A stretch of 64,000 nucleotides of DNA, from contig CAVOYH010000004.1 of assembly GCA_963700635.1 (NCBI GenBank), forward strand, positions 956,117 to 1,020,116, in the 5' to 3' direction. Shown piece after piece: positions 20,947 to 31,456 of this stretch. A model generated the notes under the pieces. It ran no database searches and had not been told where the DNA came from. It saw only the letters and a list, made by a program, of their open reading frames with translations. The DNA is from an uncultured Bacteroidota bacterium. Lineage in GTDB: Bacteria > Bacteroidota > Ignavibacteria > UBA10030 > UBA6906. How positions within the stretch are numbered: position 1 is the first letter of the stretch; each line of letters opens with the position of its first letter. Made by a program: the position numbers and the translations under genes.

Positions 20947-21996
20947 TCAGGGCATCACATAGGTGCGCGTAAAGGTGGAGCTAAGCGCTCCATACCGTAC
21001 GGTTATTGTCACGGACACCAGCGTCCCTGCAGGAGGGAGTGAGGTTCCGGGCCAGTTTATCGTGATGGTGTAGGCATTCGAAAGCTGACCGCTGATTCTC
21101 TGGTAGATCTGGACAAGCTGGGCACCGTTGGGAGCATAGAAATAGAAACCACCCGTGCTGTCTGCGATCTGGACAAGGTCCCGCTCAGGCCCGCCGAGAT
21201 ATCCGCCGGGAGGGGTCGTGTGATACACACTGTCAAGCAGGCCGATCGTGTACACCGGGATCGCATGCCTACGGGATGCACGGAAGATGGAGTCGCGCGG
21301 GACATTCGAATCATTCTCGCCTCCATCCGTGAAGGCCACCACGGCGCGGGCATAACTCGAGGACGATTGCCCCGATGCGTCCAGGATCCCGCGGACGATG
21401 GAACTGTAGAGAGCCGTGAAGCTCCGGTCAAACGAGAGAGTGTCAGCCGCTCGCGTGAGCAGAGTCTTATCGGAAGTGAAGGGCTGGACAACGCTGATCG
21501 AACTCAGCGAGCCGAACTTGATAATCTCTGCCCGATCCTGCGTCCCCATTGCTGTCACAAACGTCTTCACAGCGGTCTCCATATCCTTGATCCGCTGATA
21601 CCGCTGTGACACCGGGTCAACCGGGCCGACATACATACTGCCGCTGTAATCCATGGTCATAGCAACGGCGATGTTCTTTCCGGATTGTGAGAGTGTCTGG
21701 AGCAGGATAGCGCCGGTGACGGAGTCCATGGCCGTAACCTTCGCCGTTCCCCATTTCATGGTTGCCGTCACATTTGACGCCGTCAGACCGGTAACAGGAG
21801 TGCCGGTCTGGTCACTAACAAACATCGTCCCCTGGGCCTGGGTTCTGGACGTTGGAGCCAGTGATCCGTTTGCAGTAATGACAGTTGCTGCTCCCGGATC
21901 TGTTGAACTGTCTTCATCCTTTTTGCATCCCGTAATCGTGATGAGCAGGCTTACTGCAAGGACAAGTAGGACGTATGGCAAAGGGTGTTTTTTCAT
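20947..21996 (-). CDS. VWA-domain lipoprotein
   Basis: Start MKKHPLP follows GGAGG. Lipobox ITGC, MIDAS DYSGSM, TALY, FTDGGEN and TGGFYFYA. Confidence 0.85.
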   Translation of the reverse strand: MKKHPLPYVLLVLAVSLLITITGCKKDEDSSTDPGAATVITANGSLAPTSRTQAQGTMFVSDQTGTPVTGLTASNVTATMKWGTAKVTAMDSVTGAILLQTLSQSGKNIAVAMTMDYSGSMYVGPVDPVSQRYQRIKDMETAVKTFVTAMGTQDRAEIIKFGSLSSISVVQPFTSDKTLLTRAADTLSFDRSFTALYSSIVRGILDASGQSSSSYARAVVAFTDGGENDSNVPRDSIFRASRRHAIPVYTIGLLDSVYHTTPPGGYLGGPERDLVQIADSTGGFYFYAPNGAQLVQIYQRISGQLSNAYTITINWPGTSLPPAGTLVSVTITVRYGALSSTFTRTYVMP

Positions 21997-22120
21997 AGTT
22001 ATCGCCTCCGTAAGGATAGATGTGAGAGATCGTGGGCCTTTCCCCCCGCAAAACGGGTTCCACTTGCATTCACAATCATAATGCCACAATCTTCGTGGCA
22101 TTATTCGTTCCTCAGAGTTA

Positions 22121-22148
22121 AGGGTACTCTAAATATCGGGAATGTCAA
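22121..22148 (-). promoter_or_regulatory. Putative sigma70 promoter of the VWA gene
   Basis: TTGACA-N16-TACCCT. Confidence 0.45.
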
Positions 22149-22261
22149 GGATAATATTGAACATACGGGCATCATCGGCCACCGCCACAAGGATTGACCG
22201 GGAGCCCTCGCTTCGCGGACCCCACGCTGCCGCCGTGCGCTCCCCCCTAAAGGGCCGATCC

Positions 22262-22290
22262 TTGCATTCCTGGACAGTTTTCCCTATTAT
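22262..22290 (+). promoter_or_regulatory. Putative sigma70 promoter of the aminotransferase-pckA operon
   Basis: TTGCAT-N17-TATTAT. Confidence 0.5.
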
Positions 22291-22375
22291 TGAAAATATC
22301 GAACTTCTTTCTCAATCCCTTCACGACTTGCACTCCGTCTATCCTCAACCCGCGCTTCAGGAGGCGCACACATTC

Positions 22376-23593
22376 ATGAGCATCAGTCAACTGGCACGGT
22401 CTATCGCCGAGAGCCCCACTCTTGCCCTTAATGAGCAGGCGCGATTGCTGCGCGAGCGAGGTGAGGCGGTCATCCACCTCGGTGCCGGGGAACCGAAAAA
22501 CCGGGCGCCCATCAACGCAATTCTGAGCTCCGCCGCAAAGCTGAACACAGGCGATATCAAATACACGCCAACCGAAGGTATCCCCTCGCTCAGAAAAGCC
22601 ATCATCCGCTATACCGAAGAGAATTACGACCGCATGGTCGCGATCGAGAACGTCTTCGTCTCCGGCGGAGCAAAACAGGCTCTCTTTAACCTGCTTTTTA
22701 CCCTCATAAATCCCCAGGAGGAGGTTATTGTCCTCGCTCCATACTGGGTCAGCTACCCTGAGATGATCAAGATGGTGTACGGCGTGCCGGTGATCGTCAC
22801 ACCGGAGGACGGGAGTTTTGTTCCGCGTATGCAGGAAATCGAAAAGGCGGTGAGCTCCTACACCAAAGCCATCATCGTAAACAGCCCGAATAATCCTTCG
22901 GGCGTCATGTACGGACCCGAACTGATTTCCCAGCTGGTGGAGTTCTGCGAGCGCAAGGGTATCTATCTGATCATGGATGATATCTACCACAAGCTCGTGT
23001 TCGACGGGAAACGGACGTCGTCACCCTATGCATTCACTGCGAAAGACGTCGAGTCAACCCGGGTGATTTCCATCAACGGCATTTCAAAGCTCTACGGTAT
23101 GACGGGATTTCGTATCGGCTGGATCATCGCCCCGCGCAAGATCGTGGAAATTATGACCAATGTGCAGGCGCAGACAACATCGTGTACGTCCGTCATTCTG
23201 CAGGCTGCGGCGGAGGGGGCCTTGACGGGACTCCAGAGCGTGGTGGACACACTCCGGTTGACACTGGAGAATAACCGCAACGTGATGCTGCAGGAACTCC
23301 GCGCGTTTTCCGGCATACACATCACGCCTCCGGACGGAACGTACTACTGTCTGCCGGATTTTAGAGCCTACAACAAAAACTCCGTCGAACTTTCCCAGTT
23401 TCTCCTGAAGAAGGCGCTTGTCGTCGCTGTTCCGGGAAAAGAATTCGGCATGGAAGGGTATCTGCGATTGAGTTATGCCACCACGGTCAAGGATATCAAA
23501 GTCGGTGTTGAACGTATAAAATGGGCACTGGACCCTGACGCTCCGAATGAGATCTACATCGGCGAACGAAAACTGACACGGGACTGGCTATGA
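22376..23593 (+). CDS. PLP-dependent class I/II aminotransferase (aspartate aminotransferase-like)
   Basis: GAKQAL, NSPNNPSG, DDIY and SKLYGMTGFRIGW (PLP lysine). Start MSISQLA follows GGAGG. Confidence 0.9.
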   Translation: MSISQLARSIAESPTLALNEQARLLRERGEAVIHLGAGEPKNRAPINAILSSAAKLNTGDIKYTPTEGIPSLRKAIIRYTEENYDRMVAIENVFVSGGAKQALFNLLFTLINPQEEVIVLAPYWVSYPEMIKMVYGVPVIVTPEDGSFVPRMQEIEKAVSSYTKAIIVNSPNNPSGVMYGPELISQLVEFCERKGIYLIMDDIYHKLVFDGKRTSSPYAFTAKDVESTRVISINGISKLYGMTGFRIGWIIAPRKIVEIMTNVQAQTTSCTSVILQAAAEGALTGLQSVVDTLRLTLENNRNVMLQELRAFSGIHITPPDGTYYCLPDFRAYNKNSVELSQFLLKKALVVAVPGKEFGMEGYLRLSYATTVKDIKVGVERIKWALDPDAPNEIYIGERKLTRDWL

Positions 23594-25231
23594 ATAATCT
23601 CCTCGATATCAAGACTCCGGCTCAGGGTGAAGCAGGTGCCGCAAAAAGTGACTTCGGCCTGGAGAATCATGGTCTGACAAATCTCCGGATGGCGTACTGG
23701 AATCTGCCGACGGAGGCGCTCTACGAAGAGATCACGTTCCGCCGGGAGGCGCGGATATCCCGCAACGGTCCGATTATCGTTAATACCGGAAAACATACGG
23801 CCCGTTCGGCCAACGACAAGTTTGTCGTCAAGGAATCGACCACCGAAGAGCACATCTGGTGGGGTGAGTACAACCGGCCGTACCATCCGGAGAAATTTAA
23901 CGATCTCGTCAATCGGCTTCAGGGATTTCTCCAGGGCCGGGACATCTTCATCCAGGATTGTTATGCCGGCGCCGACCCTGCGTACCGTATGCCCATCCGG
24001 ATAATCACCGAGTATGCATGGCACAGCCATTTTGCCCGGAACATGTTCCTGATACCCGCGACAAACGAAGAACTCCGCCGCCATGTTCCAGAGTTCACCG
24101 TCATTGCAGTCCCGTCGTTCAAGGGCATCCCCCAGATTGACGCGACAGCCACAAATACATTCATCGTGATCAACTTCTGCCCAGAAACTCTGCATCATCG
24201 GCAACACGGGATACGGTGGAGAGATCAAGAAATCCATATTCACCATCCTGAACTATCTCCTCCCGCTCCAGAACGTGATGCCCATGCATTGTTCCGCAAA
24301 CATCGGCAAGGCAGGCGACACCGCCCTCTTCTTCGGACTTTCGGGGACCGGCAAGACCACGCTGTCAGCCGACCCGTTGCGACAACTTATCGGTGATGAT
24401 GAGCATGGTTGGAGTGACGACGGGATCTTCAATTTTGAGGGTGGGTGCTACGCCAAGGTTATCCAGCTCTCCCCCACCGCGGAACCGGAAATTCACGCCT
24501 GCACCGGACGGTTCGGCACTATTCTGGAAAATGTCGCCTACGATCCTGTGACACGGATGATCGATCTGGATGATGACAGCATCACGGAGAATACACGCGC
24601 GTCGTATCCTCTGGAATTCATCGGCAACGCGGTCCCGGAAAAGATGGGAGGCCATCCCCGTAACATCATCCTGTTGACCTGTGATGCCTCGGGCGTGATG
24701 CCCCCCATCGCACGCCTTACACCCGATCAGGCTTTGTACCAGTTTATCTCGGGATACACATCGAAGATCGCCGGCACAGAGGTTGGTTTGAGCAAGGAAC
24801 CTGAGATGACGTTCAGCACCTGTTTTGGTGCTCCGTTTATGGTCCACCGCCCCGCGTTCTATGCAGACCTGCTGAAACGAAAGATTCTGAAACATAACGT
24901 CCATTGCTGGCTGGTCAACACGGGCTGGATTGGCGGGCCGTACGGTGTCGGAAAGCGGATCAGCATACGCTATACGCGCGCACTCCTGAATGCCGCTCTG
25001 GATGGGAAATTGCTTGCAGTACCGTCTAAGATAGATCCGGTCTTCGGGTTTGCGGTGCCGCAGGAGTGTGAGGGTGTCCCGGCGACGATCCTCAATCCGG
25101 CCGAGTCATGGCCCGACCAGAAGTACTATGCGCAGAAATACCGTGAACTTGCTGCGCGGTTCATCGAAAATTTCAAGAAATATGAAGAGGGATGTCCGGC
25201 CGAAGTGCGCGCAGCCGGCCCTAAGCGTTAA
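23590..25231 (+). CDS. pckA: Phosphoenolpyruvate carboxykinase (ATP), frameshift near 24178
   Basis: [13 protein letters not shown]; after removing one base [12 protein letters not shown]; [27 protein letters not shown] and FEGGCYAK. Confidence 0.93.
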
Positions 25232-25237
25232 CAGCCG

Positions 25238-26711
25238 TCATCGTCTTTTTGAGCCACCCAGAATTGACCCCAGAACACCGCGGATCAATTCGCGGCCAAT
25301 CACGGTACTCGCGGCCCGGAGTGCGCTCTTCGCCATTGAGGTAACTATACTATCAGACTGGCGCCCCCGTGGGCCGGGATGCCGGCGCCGGATCCGGGGT
25401 GTTCTGCGGCAGCTCTTTCACCGGTTCCGCAAGGCGTGACTCCAGCTTCTCATACGCGGATTCCCGGTCAACAAGCTTCTCATAGTGTCCGAACAACACC
25501 GACTCCCGGATAATCTGCGCCCGCGCATCCGGCGTAATCGGGCCGATCTGACTGTGGGGAGGGCGAACGAGCGCACGCTCCACAACGCTGGGGGCCCCCT
25601 TCGGATCGAGAAAGGATACCAGGGCTTCCCCGACGCCCAGTTCGGTAATGACCTTCTCAACATCAATCGCCGGATTTTCCCGGAATGTTTCCGCCGCAGC
25701 CCTGACGGCTTTTTGATCCCTCGGGGTGAATGCGCGAAGGGCATGCTGCACGCGATTTCCGAGTTGTCCCAGAACGATGTCAGGAATATCTCTCGGGTTC
25801 TGGCTGATAAAGTAGACGCCCACACCTTTTGACCGGACGAGCCGGACCACCTGTTCGATTTTTGTGAGAAGGGCCTTCGGTGCGTCATCAAAGAGGAGAT
25901 GCGCCTCGTCGAAGAAGAATACCAGCCGTGGCTTTTCCCGATCCCCCACTTCTGGCAGCCGTTCAAACAGCTCTGCGAGCATCCAGAGGAGGAACGTCGC
26001 ATAGAGCTGCGGCGCCTGAAGAAGACGGTCGGCTGCGAGGATATTGATGACACCCTGCCCCTTATTGTCCACCTGCATCATATCGTCAAGATCGAGTGCG
26101 GGCTCACCGAAAAATGTTCCGCCCCCCTGATCCTCCAGCCCCAGCAGACCACGCTGGATGGCACCAATGCTTGCTGCCGACACGTTGCCATACGACGTCT
26201 TGATTGACGACGCGTTATTCCCGACATATTCCAGCATTGCGCGAAGGTCCTTCAGGTCCAGCAGAAGCAGTCCGTGGTCGTCGGCGATCCGGAAGGCCAT
26301 TGTCAGCACGCCGGCCTGCGTGTCATTGAGGTTGAGGAGTCTCCCCAGCAGAAGCGGGCCCATTTCTGAAACGGTAGCGCGTACCGGGTGCCCCTGCTCC
26401 CCGAACACATCCCAGAACACGACGGGGGAAGATTCAAACGTGAAATCCTCCAGCTTCATCTGCTTAATCCGCTCGGCGATCTTCGGCTTCTGGGTTCCGG
26501 GCTGACTGATTCCCGAGAGATCACCTTTTACATCGGCCATAAAGACCGGTACACCAATCCGGCTGAACTGTTCCGCGATAACCTGCAGGCTCACGGTTTT
26601 CCCGGTCCCCGTCGCACCGGCGATGAGTCCGTGGCGGTTTGCCATGGAGGGAAGGATGAATGATGAGCGTTCACCTTTGGCAATCAGTAATGGATCGAGC
26701 GTGGCAGCCAT
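25238..26711 (-). CDS. HerA-like ATPase (DUF853/YjgR family), frameshift in a G-run near 25366
   Basis: [22 protein letters not shown] and [20 protein letters not shown]. The canonical C-terminus ([32 protein letters not shown]) lies in a shifted frame. Confidence 0.9.
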
Positions 26712-26785
26712 GGGTATTCCTGTGGATGAGAAGTGGAAAGAATAATATAGAAACTGCGGGGGAGAATATCAAAATACGGAGGAGG

Positions 26786-26810
26786 ATCACCCTGACAGAA
26801 TCAGGGTGAT
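26786..26810. terminator. Hairpin downstream of the YceI gene (possible terminator)
   Basis: Perfect 10-bp inverted repeat ATCACCCTGA-CAGAA-TCAGGGTGAT. The U-tract is weak. Confidence 0.45.
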
Positions 26811-26823
26811 TCCCGGGCTTCTC

Positions 26824-27414
26824 TTATTTGCGCTGTGCCAGTTCCATCAGGAGCGTGATATCCACTTCATTGCCTGCCACCAGGCCTCCTGTTTCGATAG
26901 CCTTGTTCCATTTCAGATCATAATCGAAGCGGTTCACGGAGGCGGTCGCTTTAAAACCAAGCTTCATGTTCCCCCAGGGATCCTTGACCTGTCCGGCGTA
27001 TTTTGCGTCGAGGATGACAGGACGGGTAATATCGCGTATGGTCAGGTCACCGGTGATCTTGTAGGCGCCGGGCCCTGCTCTCTCGATGGACGTGCTCTTG
27101 TATGTGATCATCGGAAACTTCTCCGCATTGAAAAAGTCATCCGAACGGAGGTGCTTGTCACGCCCCTCATTCTGCGTATGTATGCTTGCAGTGTTGATCG
27201 TTGCTTCGAGTGTGCTTCCGACGAAGTCATCGTTGTTTGCCTGTTTCAGGACAACGTTGAAATCGTTAAACTGCCCCGTTACTTCCGCAATCACCAGATG
27301 CGAAACCGAAAAGGTCACCTGACTGTGGGCCGGATCATGAATCCAGACCGGCTGTGCAGAGGTGATGGAGGCAGTGAGGAGAAAAAGTACAACCGCTGTG
27401 GATATTCGGCTCAT
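26824..27414 (-). CDS. YceI family periplasmic lipid/polyisoprenoid-binding protein
   Basis: Signal peptide, DPAHSQVTFSVSH, RDKHLRSDDFF and GDLTIRDIT. Confidence 0.92.
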   Translation of the reverse strand: MSRISTAVVLFLLTASITSAQPVWIHDPAHSQVTFSVSHLVIAEVTGQFNDFNVVLKQANNDDFVGSTLEATINTASIHTQNEGRDKHLRSDDFFNAEKFPMITYKSTSIERAGPGAYKITGDLTIRDITRPVILDAKYAGQVKDPWGNMKLGFKATASVNRFDYDLKWNKAIETGGLVAGNEVDITLLMELAQRK

Positions 27415-27460
27415 GGATCAATTCCCGTCATACATTGTGATGAGTAGTTATCTGCCCCTT

Positions 27461-27488
27461 AGAACGACCCGCATCGTGCTTAAGTTCC
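27461..27488 (-). promoter_or_regulatory. Putative ECF sigma factor promoter of the YceI gene
   Basis: GGAAC-N17-CGTT (GGAACTT...CGTTCT), about 45 nt upstream of the ATG. Confidence 0.45.
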
Positions 27489-27612
27489 GTGGGTGGGGAA
27501 TTCCGGGCGAACTCATGGTGGCATTCCGGCGTGTTCATCCCTGCCGCACGCCTGAGCGGCGTTGCATATCCGGAAGATTTTCCCGAACTTGGGTCGGCAT
27601 AAGGAGCACCAG

Positions 27613-28533
27613 ATGAATATCCTCGTTACCGGCGGCGCCGGATTTATCGGCAGCCACATCGTCGAACGTTATCACAAGACCGATACGGTCACGGTTCTTG
27701 ACAATTTCCGCTCCGGCTTCGCCGAGAATATTGCAGGATTCCGGGTTCGTTTTGTTGAAGGCAGCATTACGGATCGAAAACTTGTCGAGGATTTGATGCG
27801 CGACATGGACTACGTATTTCATCTTGCCGCGTTGGTCAGCGTTCCGGAGTCCATGGAAAAACCGGGGGAAGCGGTGGCGATCAACGTACAGGGCACCCTG
27901 AACATCTTCGAGGCCGCCCGCGCGCGGAAGGTAAAAAAAGTGGTGGTTTCCTCCTCCGCTGCAATCTACGGGAATAACCCCGCGGTGCCTAAAGAAGAAT
28001 CGATGTTGCCTGAACCGCGCAGTCCGTATGCCATCACGAAGCTGGACGATGAATACTACGGACGGATGTTTACGGAGGATTTTGGACTTCCGGTGGTTGC
28101 GTTACGATACTTCAACGTGTTCGGTCCCCGTCAGAATCCCCGATCCCAGTATGCTGCGGCAGTTCCCATCTTTATCGACCGGTGTCTGAAGGGCGAAGCT
28201 CTGGAAATCCACGGCGACGGCGAGCAGACCCGCGACTTCATTTACGTCAAGGATGTGGTCCAGGCAAATAGTCTTGCGGCAACATCCGCTGCCACGGGCG
28301 TATACAATATTGCATGCGGACAGAGTATGAGCATCAAGGCGCTCGCAACCACGCTCAAAAGCCTGACAGGATCGGCTTCCCTCATCACACACGCCGGGGA
28401 GCGTTCGGGCGATGTAAAACACTCACTCGCAACCACGACCCGTGCCACCAAGGCACTGGGATTTACACCCGGTTATTCTCTCGAAGCAGGGTTCGCCGAG
28501 ACGATCGCCTGGATGCGTACCCGCACCGTCTAA
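27613..28533 (+). CDS. NAD-dependent epimerase/dehydratase (UDP-glucose 4-epimerase/WbpP-like)
   Basis: GGAGFIGSH, SSAAIYG, YAITK (YxxxK), RYFNVFGPRQ and GDGEQTRDF. AAGGAG RBS. Confidence 0.92.
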   Translation: MNILVTGGAGFIGSHIVERYHKTDTVTVLDNFRSGFAENIAGFRVRFVEGSITDRKLVEDLMRDMDYVFHLAALVSVPESMEKPGEAVAINVQGTLNIFEAARARKVKKVVVSSSAAIYGNNPAVPKEESMLPEPRSPYAITKLDDEYYGRMFTEDFGLPVVALRYFNVFGPRQNPRSQYAAAVPIFIDRCLKGEALEIHGDGEQTRDFIYVKDVVQANSLAATSAATGVYNIACGQSMSIKALATTLKSLTGSASLITHAGERSGDVKHSLATTTRATKALGFTPGYSLEAGFAETIAWMRTRTV

Positions 28534-28553
28534 CCGGCACAGGGCAGCCCTTT

Positions 28554-31361
28554 TTACGAGGTTGAGACTCTGGAGCGGGGGTGCGCCGCCGGCTCCCGCC
28601 GGTCCTTCCTGCGGCGTGACACCTTGAGGATCTCACCAACAACCAGGACGAGGACCGGAACGGCACATGCCATTGCCAGGTCGCTCAGATGCAGCGGCTC
28701 CATCGAGAACGGGAGACGCAGGAAAGGCACATACACCACGGCCAGGGAAAGCAGAATTGTAATCACCATCGTCCACCGTAATGCCTCATTCTTCACTCCC
28801 CGTCTACCCGACTCCACTCCCCTCGGGAACACCCCTGCGGCATATGATTCGAGGAGGGACTTACAGTTCAGGGCGTTATAGAGCCGCGCGGCGATAAGCG
28901 CCGAAAAGAAGACAGTCATGGCATACACATGGCTGTACCCGAGCGAGAGAGCCACAAGATAGATTCCGATCGTGACAACCCCGATGGCCGCTCCCAGCAC
29001 CCCGATAAACAGATACGCTTCATGATTGAGCATCCCCTCTTTGGAATCACGCGGCTTGCGGCGCATACTTCCACCTTCAGGCGGCTCGACGCCAAGCGCG
29101 ATGGCGATCAGGCCATCCATGATAAAATTGATAAACAACACCTGTACGGCGTCGAGAGGAAGGGGCAGGTTCGCCGCGAGTGCGATCAGGAGTGCGAGCA
29201 CCGTGCCCATGTTGCCGCTGAGGAGAAACACAAGATATTTCCGGATATTCTGGAATATACTTCGCCCTTCTGCAACAGCGTTCACTATGGTTGCAAAGTT
29301 ATCATCCGTAAGGATCATGGCTGATGCGCCCTTGCTTACATCCGTCCCGGTGATGCCCATCGCAATCCCGATGTCCGCCTTTTTCAGAGACGGGGCGTCA
29401 TTGACTCCGTCACCGGTCATCGCGACGATATGACCCTTATTCTGAAACGCCGTGACGATACGAAGTTTATGTTCAGGAGAGATACGCGCAAACACGTCCA
29501 CGCGCCCGATCATGGACTCCAGTTCATCGTCAGTAAATCGTTCAAGTTCTTCACCTGTGACGACGCCCTGTTCGTTCTTGAGGATCCCCAGTTCCCGCGC
29601 GACTGAGACAGCCGTCAGCCGATGATCCCCTGTGACCATCACGGGCCGGATTCCTGCCTGCTCGCACGTCCGGATGGCATCACGCACTTCCGGCCTGGGG
29701 GGATCCTGAATGCCGAAGAGACCGGCGAAAATAAGATCACGTTCTGCTTCCTCTACACCCACCGAGGTATCAATGCGTCTGTAGGCGACGGCCAGGACAC
29801 GGAGGGCTGCGCCCGCCATTGTGCGGGCTTTCTCCAGCAGCAGTTGGCGCTCCTGCCCCGAAAGTTCATCTTCTCCCCTGCTGGTCGCTCTTTTCGAGCA
29901 CGCCTCAAGAATGAGCTCCGGTGCGCCTTTGCTGTACGCTGTGGCCACGTCCCCCTGCCGGTGAACGGTCGTCATACGCTTCCGCTCTGACGAGAACGGA
30001 ATCTCCCACTCCCGGGGCGCCAAGAGGGCCTCATGTTCGTAGTCCAACCCGGCCTTTGCACCTGCAACAAGAAACGCCGCTTCCGTAGGGTCTCCAAGGA
30101 CCTCCCAAACACCTGCATCGCTCTTGCGTACTCTCGCGTCGTTACAGAGGATCGACACAGTGAGCGCCCGTAAAAGGACGGGATGGTCGCCGGGATGTAC
30201 GGCCTGACCATCCACAAGGAACTGCCCCACGGGCGCGAATCCGGCTCCCGTCACTTCATACGTCAGATCGGCAGTGACGACCTTCCGCACCGTCATTTCA
30301 TTCTGTGTTAACGTCCCGGTCTTGTCGGAACAGATCACCGTCGTTGCACCCAGTGTCTCGACTGCTGGGAGGCGGCGGATGAGAGCGTGACGGGCAGCGA
30401 TGCGGCGTACACCAAGGGCAAGCGTAATCGTTACGACCGCCGGCAGCGCTTCAGGAATAACTGCCACTGCCAGCGCAACACCCCAGACAAACATTTCGTA
30501 CAGCGCATAACCCCGGAAGATGCCGAACAGACTCATGGCTGCGGCGAGAGAAATCGCGAAGAACCCGAGCGTCTTGCCGAGTCTGTCCAGGGCGGACTGA
30601 AGGGGCGTTCTGCGCTCCTCGGTGTCTTTCAGCAGGACGGCAATCTTTCCGAACTCTGTGCTGGTGCCTGTGCCGACCACAACCGACTTTCCCCTCCCTC
30701 CCTGGACCGTGGTGCCCGCATAAACCATATTCAACCGGTCGCCGATGGCGAGCTGCTGGTTTGCCAGTGGGGATGTGTTCTTTTCCACCGCCATAGATTC
30801 GCCGGTGATGATGGACTCGTCAACCTTGAGGTTCACAGCCTCGAACAGGCGTCCGTCAGCGGGAACAAGATCACCTGTTTTGAGCAGGACCACATCCCCC
30901 GGCACGAGTTCACGTGATACAATCACCATCTCCCGCCCATCCCTGTACACGGTGGCCAGCGGTGCTGCAAGCTGTTTTAGTGCCTCAAGGGCCTGCTCCG
31001 CCTTGTTCTCCTGGATAAATCCGACAACGCCCGCAAGAATCACAATGACGACAATCGCGACTGCTTCAACGGTTTCCCCCATCGCGGCGGAGATTCCTGC
31101 AGCGATTATCAGAATCAGGATGAGCAGACTTCCAAACTGTTTGAGAAAGAGCATGAGGCGGGACTGTCGGGCAGCGTGCGGAAGTTCATTCCAGCCAAAC
31201 GTAGAGATTGCTTTTCTTGCATCCTCCCCTGTAAGGCCTTTAACCGAGCTGTGTAATGTGGCGAAGAGATCCTCCACAGGGTCCGCATGCCAGACCTTCG
31301 GGCGGGCCGTCATTACATCTGTATCCTGTTGAGCGATGTGAGGGTTGGGATGTGGGGACAT
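28554..31361 (-). CDS. Cation-transporting P-type ATPase (type IIA, Ca2+-like)
   Basis: TGES, IPEALP, DKTGTLT, KGAPE, DPPR and GDGVND motifs. Confidence 0.95.
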   Translation of the reverse strand: MSPHPNPHIAQQDTDVMTARPKVWHADPVEDLFATLHSSVKGLTGEDARKAISTFGWNELPHAARQSRLMLFLKQFGSLLILILIIAAGISAAMGETVEAVAIVVIVILAGVVGFIQENKAEQALEALKQLAAPLATVYRDGREMVIVSRELVPGDVVLLKTGDLVPADGRLFEAVNLKVDESIITGESMAVEKNTSPLANQQLAIGDRLNMVYAGTTVQGGRGKSVVVGTGTSTEFGKIAVLLKDTEERRTPLQSALDRLGKTLGFFAISLAAAMSLFGIFRGYALYEMFVWGVALAVAVIPEALPAVVTITLALGVRRIAARHALIRRLPAVETLGATTVICSDKTGTLTQNEMTVRKVVTADLTYEVTGAGFAPVGQFLVDGQAVHPGDHPVLLRALTVSILCNDARVRKSDAGVWEVLGDPTEAAFLVAGAKAGLDYEHEALLAPREWEIPFSSERKRMTTVHRQGDVATAYSKGAPELILEACSKRATSRGEDELSGQERQLLLEKARTMAGAALRVLAVAYRRIDTSVGVEEAERDLIFAGLFGIQDPPRPEVRDAIRTCEQAGIRPVMVTGDHRLTAVSVARELGILKNEQGVVTGEELERFTDDELESMIGRVDVFARISPEHKLRIVTAFQNKGHIVAMTGDGVNDAPSLKKADIGIAMGITGTDVSKGASAMILTDDNFATIVNAVAEGRSIFQNIRKYLVFLLSGNMGTVLALLIALAANLPLPLDAVQVLFINFIMDGLIAIALGVEPPEGGSMRRKPRDSKEGMLNHEAYLFIGVLGAAIGVVTIGIYLVALSLGYSHVYAMTVFFSALIAARLYNALNCKSLLESYAAGVFPRGVESGRRGVKNEALRWTMVITILLSLAVVYVPFLRLPFSMEPLHLSDLAMACAVPVLVLVVGEILKVSRRRKDRREPAAHPRSRVSTS

Positions 31362-31456
31362 GAGCAGTGGTTCTCTTCAAAAGGTACGGGAGCGTTCAGA
31401 ATTGGTACGACCAGCGTCCGCAGGCCCCTCTCATGCCTGCACAAATACGCCAGGGG

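Noticed and set aside
25238-26711. HerA-like ATPase as part of a defence system
   Set aside because: It is the widespread stand-alone DUF853/YjgR type, with no Sir2, NurA or nuclease partner adjacent.
31362-31456. yybP-ykoY (Mn2+) riboswitch upstream of the P-type ATPase
   Set aside because: No GGGGAGUAGC or GAGACC core is present.
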